Source: Pseudomonadota bacterium
Lineage (GTDB): Bacteria; Bdellovibrionota; UBA1018
DNA length: 40,002 bases
Direction of reading: 5' to 3'
Assembly: GCA_039800365.1 (NCBI GenBank)
Contig: JBDLQW010000152.1
Coordinates: 1-40,002, forward strand
Translations under genes and position numbers: made by a program
The notes under the pieces: generated by a model
The model's database searches: none
Told to the model about the DNA's origin: nothing
What the model saw: only the letters and a program-made list of their open reading frames with translations
Part shown: positions 1-8,579 of the stretch, piece after piece
Layout: each line of letters opens with the position of its first letter
Numbering within the stretch: the first letter of the stretch is position 1

Positions 1-1071
1 TTCGGAAACTTTCAGGAGGCCTTGAGCTTCATTCGAAAGACGTTTTTACAGCCCGAGAACCCCGAGGGCCTGAAGCTCGACATTCCTCGTAAGATCGTCG
101 AGCTCACCGATGTTCGTGATCTTTTCTTGATGGCCAGCCTGAGCTATCCCGCCCAGAATAGCGACCCTCCGGGTTTCCTCCTGCGAGACATGGCTTGTAG
201 CGTTTTGAAAGTGATGCACACCATTGCACACATCGATAAAGATCTTCGTTCGCCGTATTTTCCAGAATGCCAGAAACAGATTTTCGATCGCTTTTATCGC
301 GTGATTCACCGTGATGATCAGGGTGCGCTTTTTCTGGGTGAGCGTGCTGACGATCCTGAGCGTGTTGATTTGGTGGCGTTCGAAACTAAACCCAAGAAGG
401 CCCGTGACTCCACTCTGCTGAAGCTGCTGCACAAGTCAGAGAATGTGGCCGAAGATATTTTCGACCGTGTCGGCATTCGATTTGTGACCAAAACCCCGCT
501 GGACGCTCTACGGGTGATTAAATTCTTGAAGGATCGGATGATTCTCATGCCTCCGAACATCAAGCCCAGCAGATCACGCAATTCTTTGGTGGATCTTGAA
601 GCGTTTCGAAAAGGCTGGGAAGAAGTGTATCGTCGTTGGGAGCGGCGCGAAGTTGCCGACGCTGAGGTAGGGGCAGAGCTCGAGCGTTTGGCTCGCTATC
701 CAGGTGCTGATCCCGACAATCCTCATTCCAGTAAGTTCTATCGGGCGATTCAATTCACTAGCCGACAGTTGATCAAGTTCAGAAATCCCGTGCACGATGA
801 GCTGCGAGAGATCCGCCAGTTGGGTCGGCAAGTTGATGCCGGAAATCAGGACGCTCTCAAGACCCTTCTCGAGCGTATCGAAAAAATGGATCTGAAGAAG
901 ACCCCTCGCGAAGTGCGTTTCTTTTATCCTTTCGAAGTGCAGCTCATGGATTTGGCGAGCTACGAGGAAAATGAGCGCGGTCGAAGCGCTCACAGCGAGT
1001 ACAAGCGAGCTCAGGTTCAGACGGCGATGCGACGTGTGCTGGGGGGCCTGATGGATGTCGCTCGAAGCTGA
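1..1071 (+). CDS. TIGR04552-like protein with RelA/SpoT-type nucleotidyltransferase fold (5' truncated by window)
   Basis: Frame open from base 1 (FGNFQEALSF...). Motifs K..DS.LLKLL, DIFDRVGIRF, FEVQL and H.EYK resemble RelA_SpoT synthetase-fold motifs. Confidence 0.7.
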   Translation, partial: FGNFQEALSFIRKTFLQPENPEGLKLDIPRKIVELTDVRDLFLMASLSYPAQNSDPPGFLLRDMACSVLKVMHTIAHIDKDLRSPYFPECQKQIFDRFYRVIHRDDQGALFLGERADDPERVDLVAFETKPKKARDSTLLKLLHKSENVAEDIFDRVGIRFVTKTPLDALRVIKFLKDRMILMPPNIKPSRSRNSLVDLEAFRKGWEEVYRRWERREVADAEVGAELERLARYPGADPDNPHSSKFYRAIQFTSRQLIKFRNPVHDELREIRQLGRQVDAGNQDALKTLLERIEKMDLKKTPREVRFFYPFEVQLMDLASYEENERGRSAHSEYKRAQVQTAMRRVLGGLMDVARS

Positions 1072-2206
1072 TTTTGTTCTTTTAGGAACAGGCATCGCGC
1101 CATTGATCGCCGCCCAGAGTCTGACCCGACAGGGCCACTCGGTGCTGGTTCTGAATCCTGATCATGATTTTTTTCGAGAAAATTCCGAGCTTCCTCTCGC
1201 ACCTCTTGTTTCGTCTTCACTAGCAACTGACGAGGGTTTGCAATCGCTTCAAGAACATCGAATTGAAAGGGCCCGCGAAATTTTAGCCCCAGAATTTCCG
1301 GGGGCTCTTGAGTCTTGGTTTGCTGACGCCAAAGAAGCGAAGGAGAGCCAAGCGTTTCAGGATGTTTCAGCCCCCTTTCTGCGAGCGCGCCAGTGGAACT
1401 GGGTGGTTTCGCAAGCAGATGAGCCCGCGCTACGGTTTCTTGACCGCGGATGGAAGCCCCAGGTTTCTCAAGGGTTGGTGGCCGCGCGGCGGTTTCCAGG
1501 AATGAACTGGCGCAAGCCGTTTGACGAGAGTCTTCAGACGATTGCCTTGGGGCGCTTAGTGGATGTGGATCTCGAGCGGTATCGAAACGGGGTTCTCGAG
1601 TTCGTGCAAAGTCGGATCTCGGCCGAGCGCCTTTTGACTTCGGTTAGCGGCTTGGAAATTCACGCGCAGTCAGTGCGTTTCTTTCATCAGGGGGTGGCTA
1701 AGGCTGCCGTCGTGAGGCGAGGGGCTTGGGTCTTTTGGACGCCTCGAGTGACCTCCTGGCTTCAGAAGCATGCGGCTCGAGTCAAGCAAGACCGATTGAT
1801 GCCATCGGCGGGACTTCGAGGCTGGGAAGAGTGGAGTATTCGCTCTCGAGAACCCGTGGATCTCTCTCGAGTCGGATTTTCAGCGGACGCCGTTGCATGG
1901 GCGCGGTTCGAGGGAGTTCCGCGAGAGCCGGTTCTGGAGCTTAATGTGCTGATGCCTTCGAATTCTGCAAAGGACCTTGCTGGAGCCGAGTCATTCCTGC
2001 GGCTCACGCGGTTTCTTCAGGGGTTTCTCAATTGGGATCGCTTTCGGATTCGAGATCTCAAGACTCGAGCGACTTTAGATCTTCCGGCGCAAGAGTGGCG
2101 ATTGGAAGGTGGGGGCTTGCCCGTGCGAGTGATGTCGGGTTGCGAGGGCTCGTTAGTAGGCGTGGTCGAACGCGTGCTGAGGTTCGCTCGACAGGAGGAC
2201 TCCTAA
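1055..2206 (+). CDS. Putative FAD-dependent oxidoreductase, degenerate DAO/SoxB-like
   Basis: N-terminal Rossmann-like DFVLLGTGIAPLIAAQSL..G.SVLVL. Overlaps the upstream stop and abuts the next gene. Confidence 0.55.
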   Translation: MSLEADFVLLGTGIAPLIAAQSLTRQGHSVLVLNPDHDFFRENSELPLAPLVSSSLATDEGLQSLQEHRIERAREILAPEFPGALESWFADAKEAKESQAFQDVSAPFLRARQWNWVVSQADEPALRFLDRGWKPQVSQGLVAARRFPGMNWRKPFDESLQTIALGRLVDVDLERYRNGVLEFVQSRISAERLLTSVSGLEIHAQSVRFFHQGVAKAAVVRRGAWVFWTPRVTSWLQKHAARVKQDRLMPSAGLRGWEEWSIRSREPVDLSRVGFSADAVAWARFEGVPREPVLELNVLMPSNSAKDLAGAESFLRLTRFLQGFLNWDRFRIRDLKTRATLDLPAQEWRLEGGGLPVRVMSGCEGSLVGVVERVLRFARQEDS

Positions 2207-4192
2207 GTGGCGATTCAAGTGCGCGATGGGCGGTTTGATGTTCTCGTGGCAGCCGCACCCGGAGTGCAGCGCTGGCCTGGGCTCGGAGTGCGGGCGCTTG
2301 CGACCCTGTGTTCTGAGATGGACCTGAGCGTGGGGGTCTTTGGTGGCGAAGGCTTGCGGGTTCAAGGCGTGTTGCCTTTGGCTTCGGGAAGTGGCGGAGT
2401 TGCCGTAGTTGAAGATTCACAAGGCAGAATCCACCGAATTGAAGCGCGCTCGATCATTCGAGTGGTCGAACCACTAGAATTGCCCGATCCGTTCTCAGGA
2501 TGGCTATCGCCCGGGCTTTTGCCGCTAGGAACGGCGCTCAAGCTTCGAGAGCGTGGGCAAACCATTTGGAGCCCCGCCGTCGCCGTCTTGGGTTCGGGCA
2601 ATCGAGCGCTTTCTTTAGCTTGCGAGCTTTTGGAAAGCGGAGTGCCGGAAGTGTTTTGCATCGAGAAGCCTGGTCAGGCTGTCTCGGGTTGGGAAGTTCT
2701 TCGACGCCGCTTCGAGACGCTGGGTGGAGTCATCCTTTATGGCAAGCCCGTAAGCCTCACGAAGGCTGCGCGCATGCTTTGGGATTTTCGAATTCAGGAT
2801 GCCCATGGCATCCGGGTGCTTGAAGTCGCATGGGTTATTTCAGCGGGCCCGTTTCGAGGGTCAGAGGGGGTCCGAGAATATCCTCCGGGGTCCTTGCTTT
2901 TCGAGCTAGATCAGTCGGGAGCGGGGTTAGTGGCAGAAGATCCTGAGGGTTGGGCTTTGGAAGAGCACCGAGGGCGGGCGCTGGGGGCACGAATTTGCAA
3001 GGCCCTGATTGCTTCTTGGGGTGACCGTCGTGTCAAGAAGGATCGCCTCGAGGAAGAGCTACGCCGCGCGCGCGGGCGTCTGAAGCGAGCGATGAAGCGC
3101 GCTGAAGGAGCTGTTTCTCTTGAGTTTGAAGGGAAGTGGCTTTCTCGCGATTCTTCACAAAAGTTGCGTGGCTTTTCAGGAGCGCCCCGCGCCGAGCACG
3201 CCTCTCGGATGGTGGCATCAATCGAATGTGTGGAGGAGATCGAATGCTCGCTCTGCCAATCAGCTTGCCCAGAAGAAGCGATTCAGATTTCGCGTGAGGC
3301 TGCACGTTTTCTTGATGAATCGAAATGCACAGCCTGCGGGAAATGCCTGGATTTGTGTCCGGCGAAGGTTCCGGTTCTGATTCACGAACCCGAGGGGCGT
3401 TCTCAAGCAAAGCTCACGCTTAGTTTTCGAGGGCGTCGCCCGTTTCGAACTCACGAGCTCGCGTCGCTGGTCAACCGACGAGGAGAAGTTTTAGGTTCTG
3501 GAAAAGTTCTTGAATCGATCGAAGTGCTTCCGGCTTCTGAAGGTGTTGGGGCCGTTGCTGAATACCGAGTGACTCTGGAAGTGCCTGCGCATTTGGTTTG
3601 GGAAGCGCGTGGACTGAGAAGCGCTCGGCAAGGGCCCTCGCATGAAGAAGAATGGGTGATGAGCTCAGAGCGCGCGGGGGCAAGCAAAGTCGAAGTGCTG
3701 CTTCAAAACGAGAGGCGCTTGTTACGCGATGGGCAGCCTTTAGGACTGGCGCTTTTTGAAACAGGTTTGGCGCGCACCGAGGATCGGTTGCTTTGCGGCG
3801 ATGGTAGCTGTGGGCTTTGCGATGCTTTGGTGGATGGCGTTCAGCGTCCCGCTTGTCGGACATCGGTTCATCGGGGAATGGCGGTGCAGTTGGAGGGATC
3901 TCGCTGGGAGTTCGCATTGTCTGAGGTGGCTCCAAACGGTCTTAGTGCCGATAGCGATTGGATTTGCCCCTGTTCGGCAGTGACACGGCAGGAAGTTTCA
4001 ACCCGAATTCGCGAGGGCAAGCTCAGTTCGGCCGATGCCATTCGGCAGTCTTGCGGTGTGGGCGAGGGTCGATGTCGGGGTCGAATTTGTCATGAACTTT
4101 TTAGGCGCACTTTGCTCGTCGAGGGAGTAGACGCCGATCAATGGATTGATTGGCGATTTCCTTGGTCAGAGTGGACCCTTAAAGCGACTTAA
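2207..4192 (+). CDS. Fused FAD/NAD oxidoreductase + 4Fe-4S dicluster + 2Fe-2S (Fer2_4) + BFD-like domain (sarcosine oxidase/HcnAB/proline dehydrogenase-like)
   Basis: Motifs PF.GW.SPG, VAVLGSGN, CSLCQSACP, CTACGKCLDLCP, LLCGDGSCGLC...ACRT, ICPC and G.GRCRGRIC. Confidence 0.8.
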   Translation: MAIQVRDGRFDVLVAAAPGVQRWPGLGVRALATLCSEMDLSVGVFGGEGLRVQGVLPLASGSGGVAVVEDSQGRIHRIEARSIIRVVEPLELPDPFSGWLSPGLLPLGTALKLRERGQTIWSPAVAVLGSGNRALSLACELLESGVPEVFCIEKPGQAVSGWEVLRRRFETLGGVILYGKPVSLTKAARMLWDFRIQDAHGIRVLEVAWVISAGPFRGSEGVREYPPGSLLFELDQSGAGLVAEDPEGWALEEHRGRALGARICKALIASWGDRRVKKDRLEEELRRARGRLKRAMKRAEGAVSLEFEGKWLSRDSSQKLRGFSGAPRAEHASRMVASIECVEEIECSLCQSACPEEAIQISREAARFLDESKCTACGKCLDLCPAKVPVLIHEPEGRSQAKLTLSFRGRRPFRTHELASLVNRRGEVLGSGKVLESIEVLPASEGVGAVAEYRVTLEVPAHLVWEARGLRSARQGPSHEEEWVMSSERAGASKVEVLLQNERRLLRDGQPLGLALFETGLARTEDRLLCGDGSCGLCDALVDGVQRPACRTSVHRGMAVQLEGSRWEFALSEVAPNGLSADSDWICPCSAVTRQEVSTRIREGKLSSADAIRQSCGVGEGRCRGRICHELFRRTLLVEGVDADQWIDWRFPWSEWTLKAT

Positions 4193-5114
4193 GAAAAGCT
4201 TCGATTTTCAAGTTCACGAGCTCGGGTTGATCCATCTGAGGGCAATGACTGCCGTAGTGAATGTTTTCGAATGAGCTTGCTGGAATGAGTCGTTCGAGCT
4301 GTCGCTGCTGTTCAGGCGGAGTCACCTTGTCTTCATCACCTGAAATGATGAGTGTGGGTACCGCGATCGTGTGAAGCCAAGAAGTGGCATCGTGATTTTG
4401 GTAGGCCTCGAGCACTTGAAGCAAGACGCCTGGGTCCATTTCCTCGATCTGAGAGACGTAACGTTCGATATCTTCATTAGCTGCAAGGTGCGGATTGAAG
4501 CCTGCAAGCCGAACGATTTGTCGAACTAGGGCGTTGCCCTTCTGTAGGTTCCAGAGCTTCGCGAAAATTTTCGGAGAAAGCCGGTGAGCTTGTCTGAGAA
4601 TCTCGAATCCGCTCGGGATGATGTTGGGATTGTGCAGTAGTGTTTCGAGCGGGCGTTTAGCGGTGCCGTTAGCCAGCACCAGGGCTTTCACTCTTTCGGG
4701 AAATTTGCGGTAGAACTCGAGTGCGACACTGACCCCCATGCTATGACCGAGGAGGATGGCCTTCTCGAGTCCTATGGCGTCGAAGACCGAGCACAGGTCT
4801 TCGGCAAAGGTAGCCACCGAAAGTGTCGAGAGGTCTTGAGGCACTGCTGAATTGTGGTGACCTCGATAGTCGAACCAAATTGCTTGATGGGTGTGCTTGA
4901 AGTGGTCGATTTGGTAGGTCCAGTGCAGGCTGGAGCAAACCAGTCCGTAGCAGAAGACCAAGGGCTCACCTTGTCCTTCGATTCCAAAGAACAAGCGAGT
5001 GCCGTCTTTTGCTGTCGCGAAGCCAAATCGAGAGTCGGTACCAGAAACTGGACTTTTGTTCGCTCGAGTTTTTCGTGCTCCAGTCGGACGAGGTTTTTCG
5101 GGAGTCTCGATCAT
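4179..5114 (-). CDS. Alpha/beta fold hydrolase
   Basis: GHSMG nucleophile elbow, DYRGH, GDEDKVTP and a C-terminal GSH. Confidence 0.9.
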   Translation of the reverse strand: MIETPEKPRPTGARKTRANKSPVSGTDSRFGFATAKDGTRLFFGIEGQGEPLVFCYGLVCSSLHWTYQIDHFKHTHQAIWFDYRGHHNSAVPQDLSTLSVATFAEDLCSVFDAIGLEKAILLGHSMGVSVALEFYRKFPERVKALVLANGTAKRPLETLLHNPNIIPSGFEILRQAHRLSPKIFAKLWNLQKGNALVRQIVRLAGFNPHLAANEDIERYVSQIEEMDPGVLLQVLEAYQNHDATSWLHTIAVPTLIISGDEDKVTPPEQQRQLERLIPASSFENIHYGSHCPQMDQPELVNLKIEAFLKSL

Positions 5115-5118
5115 GAAT

Positions 5119-5565
5119 TCATTTTGTCATGCGAAGCAGGGTTTCGCATAGGCTCGCGAAGTGCTGTCGGGTGGTTTCGTCGGCCAGCGAATAGGCTTGA
5201 TAGATCGAGCGCATGAACTCGGCATCTTTTTCCTCGACGAGCACATTTTTGAGCATCGCTCGGCCTGCGTTCGCAGTGCTTTGGAGCTCGGGAGAGCTTA
5301 AGATCTGATCTGAGATTCGTTGGGCGTATTCGCGTTCTAAGAGAGTCAAAATTTCGTGACTCGCGATGCCCAATTCTTGTGCCAGGGTGGCCACATGGTG
5401 GGGCGGGAGGGGGGTGACGCCACGTTCTAAATTCGAAATAAATTGAGTGGTTACCGGGGGTTGAAACCGAAGGCCAAGCTGTCTTTGAGAAAAGCCAAGA
5501 CTTTCACGCCTTTGGCGGATGAAGGTTCCGACTAGAGATGCGGGCTTTCTCATGAACCGGCCCAT
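5119..5565 (-). CDS. XRE-family helix-turn-helix regulator
   Basis: IRQRRESLGFSQRQLG...QFISNLERG is an HTH_3 signature. Confidence 0.85.
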   Translation of the reverse strand: MGRFMRKPASLVGTFIRQRRESLGFSQRQLGLRFQPPVTTQFISNLERGVTPLPPHHVATLAQELGIASHEILTLLEREYAQRISDQILSSPELQSTANAGRAMLKNVLVEEKDAEFMRSIYQAYSLADETTRQHFASLCETLLRMTK

Positions 5566-5571
5566 AGCTCA

Positions 5572-5601
5572 ATTTTAACGCGCAGCATTATTAACGGTCA
5601 A
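5572..5601 (-). promoter_or_regulatory. Sigma70-like promoter of XRE gene (leaderless)
   Basis: TTGACC-18nt-TAAAAT-6nt-ATG on the minus strand. Confidence 0.65.
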
Positions 5602-5656
5602 TGGAGGGCGTTGAGTCTTGTTATTTCAATGGGTTAGCGTCGATGCCCGGGGGGCT

Positions 5657-7822
5657 TTAAGAGGTCTTGAGACGCTCGCCTTGAATCCGGCCCTCGCGCC
5701 TTAGAAACTCGTTAAACGGAGCATTCTCGGGACGTTGAAGGTCGGGGTCAGTTTTTAAGAGGGCAATCGCGTCTTCGCGCGCTCGCAAAAGCCAGTCTTT
5801 GTCGCGAACCAGATCTGCGATTCGAAACGGAAGAGCCCCCGACTGGCGAGTGCCTAGAAATTCTCCAGGTCCGCGAATCTCGAGGTCAGCCTCGGCGATC
5901 TCAAATCCATCTGTGCTTCGCTCAAGAACTTCAAGGCGTGCTGCCGTGTTCTCGCCCATTCGAGGATGAGAAAAAAGATAGCAAAACGATTGCGCGGCAC
6001 CGCGTCCCACCCGACCCCGCAGTTGATGCAGCTGAGAGAGGCCAAAGCGCTCGGCATGCTCGATCACGATGACCGTCGCATTGGGCACGTCTACTCCCAC
6101 TTCGACAACCGTGGTTGAAACCAGGATTTGGATTTCACCCGCTTTGAATCGATCCATCATCGAGGCCTTCTCGTCGGGCTTCATCTGGCCATGCAGAAGC
6201 CCGACCTTGAATTCGGGGAAAACTTCTCGCGCTAGGGTGTCGGCTTCAGAGATCGCTGACTTCAAGCTCGTAAACCCTTCTGCTTCGCTGTCCTGAACGA
6301 GCGGGTAAATGAAATAGGCCTGATGTCCGGCGCGAAGCTCGGCGCGGATTTTTTCGAAAGCCCGGGCTCGCTGATTTCCCGAAACGACTTGGGTTTGGAT
6401 CGGGCTTCGACCCGGGGGTAATTCGCGAATCGTAGTTGTGGAGAGATCGCCGTAGGCGGTGAGCGCCAAGGTTCGAGGAATCGGCGTCGCGGTTAAAAGC
6501 ACTGTATGGGGAACTCCATCTGAACGTTTGGCTCGCAACGTTCGACGTTGTTCGACTCCAAAGCGGTGCTGCTCATCAATCAAGACCAGGCCCAAATTGG
6601 CAAAGCGGACAGGGTCTTCGAGAAGGGCGTGAGTGCCGATCAGTAGCAGCGGTTCGCTCGATTCGAGACGCCCCAAAATTCGTGACCGCTCTGAATCCGA
6701 AGTTTTGCCCGTCAGCAGGGCCACTCGAAGTCTTGAGCCAAAGAGCTTGAGCGCGTTCTTGTAGTGTTGCTCTGCTAGGATCTCGGTGGGCGCCATCAGT
6801 GTGGCTTGAAAACCCTCCGCCAAAGCTGTTGCCGCCGACAGCATCGCAATCACCGTTTTTCCACTGCCCACATCGCCTTGAACGAGACGGTTCATCGGAT
6901 GGGGTTGGGCCATGTCGGCCAAAATTTCATCCAAGGCCCGCTTTTGATCTCCTGTGAGTTGAAACGGAAGATCGTCTTGAAGGTCGCGCGCGGCCTTTGC
7001 TCCACCCTCGAGGCCGATCTTGGGAGCGGCCTCGCGAGCAACGCCGAGCTTCTGGGTCAGCACGAAGTACTCGAACTTGAAGAACTCTTCGTAAATGAAT
7101 CGCGAATGCCAGCGTGTTCGGAAATCTAAGAGCGACTGGATGTCGGTGTCGTTGCTAGGAAAGTGAATTTCCTTGGTGGCCTCGAAGGCCGAGGGAAGCT
7201 GGTACCGGTCGATCAGATGACGAGGAAGATCATTAGGAAGTTGAGGCCCATACTTATGAATGGCTTCCCAGAGGACCTTTCGAAACGTGCGACTCGGAAT
7301 ACCTTCGAGCTCAGTGTAAACGGGCACGACTCTGCCGACATGAAGCTCTTCCTCTGAATTCGTCACGTCCGAGGTTTTATTCCAAACAATCTCGGGATGA
7401 ATGATCTCGAGCTTTCCCAGATAGGATTTGGGAGTTCCGGTGACGACGATCGGAGTGCCAGGGATCAGACGAGCCTCAAGTCCTTTAGGCGCATGAAACC
7501 ACTTTAGCGAAAGCACGCCTCGGTCATCGGTACAGCGGGCCTCGAGCATGGTTCGCCCACCTCGCATGCTGATCTTGCGAGCCGTGACGACTCGAACAGC
7601 CGCAGAGCTGCGCACGCCCTCTTCGAGCTCGGCAATGGCCTTCAGCTTGGTCCGGTCTTCGTAGGATCGAGGAAAAAAAGTGAGGAGATCTCGAACCGTG
7701 TTGATCCCACGGCTTTGGAAGATCGCTCCAAGCCTGGGACCAACGCCCTTGACGTACTGGACTGCGACCTCATTCGTAGCGGACTTTGAGGACTTCGTAG
7801 TGAACTTCTCCTTTGGGAGCAT
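5657..7822 (-). CDS. recG: ATP-dependent DNA helicase RecG
   Basis: KGVGP start, OB wedge, GDVGSGKT, DEQHRFGV, TATPIPRT, QLHQLRGRVGRG and DLEIRGPGE. Confidence 0.97.
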   Translation of the reverse strand: MLPKEKFTTKSSKSATNEVAVQYVKGVGPRLGAIFQSRGINTVRDLLTFFPRSYEDRTKLKAIAELEEGVRSSAAVRVVTARKISMRGGRTMLEARCTDDRGVLSLKWFHAPKGLEARLIPGTPIVVTGTPKSYLGKLEIIHPEIVWNKTSDVTNSEEELHVGRVVPVYTELEGIPSRTFRKVLWEAIHKYGPQLPNDLPRHLIDRYQLPSAFEATKEIHFPSNDTDIQSLLDFRTRWHSRFIYEEFFKFEYFVLTQKLGVAREAAPKIGLEGGAKAARDLQDDLPFQLTGDQKRALDEILADMAQPHPMNRLVQGDVGSGKTVIAMLSAATALAEGFQATLMAPTEILAEQHYKNALKLFGSRLRVALLTGKTSDSERSRILGRLESSEPLLLIGTHALLEDPVRFANLGLVLIDEQHRFGVEQRRTLRAKRSDGVPHTVLLTATPIPRTLALTAYGDLSTTTIRELPPGRSPIQTQVVSGNQRARAFEKIRAELRAGHQAYFIYPLVQDSEAEGFTSLKSAISEADTLAREVFPEFKVGLLHGQMKPDEKASMMDRFKAGEIQILVSTTVVEVGVDVPNATVIVIEHAERFGLSQLHQLRGRVGRGAAQSFCYLFSHPRMGENTAARLEVLERSTDGFEIAEADLEIRGPGEFLGTRQSGALPFRIADLVRDKDWLLRAREDAIALLKTDPDLQRPENAPFNEFLRREGRIQGERLKTS

Positions 7823-8249
7823 GGACCACGACTTCGTCGCCTTCTGACTTACCGATCAGCGCGCGAGCGATCGGAGAAGTGATCCCGACTTTGCCGCTCT
7901 TGATATCGGCTTCGTCAACGCCGACGATCTGGTATCGCAGCTTCTTGTCGGATTCAGTTTCAAGCACTTCAACGGTCGCGCCAAAAACAATCTTCTCCGA
8001 CTTGATCGTCGATGGGTCGATCACTTGGGCGCGGGCCAGCTTGGCGTTGATTTCTTGAATGCGGCCTTCAATGAAGCCCTGGCGCTCTTTCGCAGCCGAA
8101 TAGTCGGCATTCTCCGAGAGGTCGCCATGCCCTCGTGCAACTTCAATGGCCTTGACGATGGTGGGGCGCTCGACGGTCATGAGGTGCTTGAGCTCATCGT
8201 CGAGCAGTTTCTTGCCGCGAACGGTCATTGGAATTTTCTCTTCAGCCAT
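7770..8249 (-). CDS. greA: Transcription elongation factor GreA
   Basis: ARGHGDLSENADYSAAKERQ and SPIARALIGK. Confidence 0.97.
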   Translation of the reverse strand: MAEEKIPMTVRGKKLLDDELKHLMTVERPTIVKAIEVARGHGDLSENADYSAAKERQGFIEGRIQEINAKLARAQVIDPSTIKSEKIVFGATVEVLETESDKKLRYQIVGVDEADIKSGKVGITSPIARALIGKSEGDEVVVHAPKGEVHYEVLKVRYE

Positions 8250-8285
8250 ATGTCGAAAGAGCTAGCACAGCCGCAGGCCGCTTGG

Positions 8286-8579
8286 TCAGGTTTTTTTTCG
8301 AAAGAGCGCCTCAGCAGCCGCCTTGAGCGCCTCTTTCGAGGAGGCCCCTGAAGCCTTCAGTGAGGGGTTGGGTTTGAAGTAGTCGCAAAAATTCGCACGC
8401 TCTTTTTCAACAACCCGGTCGGCTTGATTTTCGCGACAGTGATTATGAGCAGACGAATCGTAGTGAATACAGGCGCGGCAAGTGCGCGTATCGCGACCGC
8501 ACGAGCGGCAAGTGTCTTGCCGGCCGAAGTCCAAAACCGTTAACGAGTTCCCACAATTCCAACAGATCAGGTTGCTCAT
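8286..8579 (-). CDS. Cys-rich (zinc-binding) hypothetical protein
   Basis: CWNC, CRSC, CRAC..Y and NFCDYF. ATGA-coupled to the carB stop. Confidence 0.75.
   Translation of the reverse strand: MSNLICWNCGNSLTVLDFGRQDTCRSCGRDTRTCRACIHYDSSAHNHCRENQADRVVEKERANFCDYFKPNPSLKASGASSKEALKAAAEALFRKKT

Noticed and set aside
5624-5636. IHF-like site TTTCAATGGGTTA upstream of the XRE promoter
   Set aside because: One mismatch to a degenerate consensus; not distinguishable from chance.
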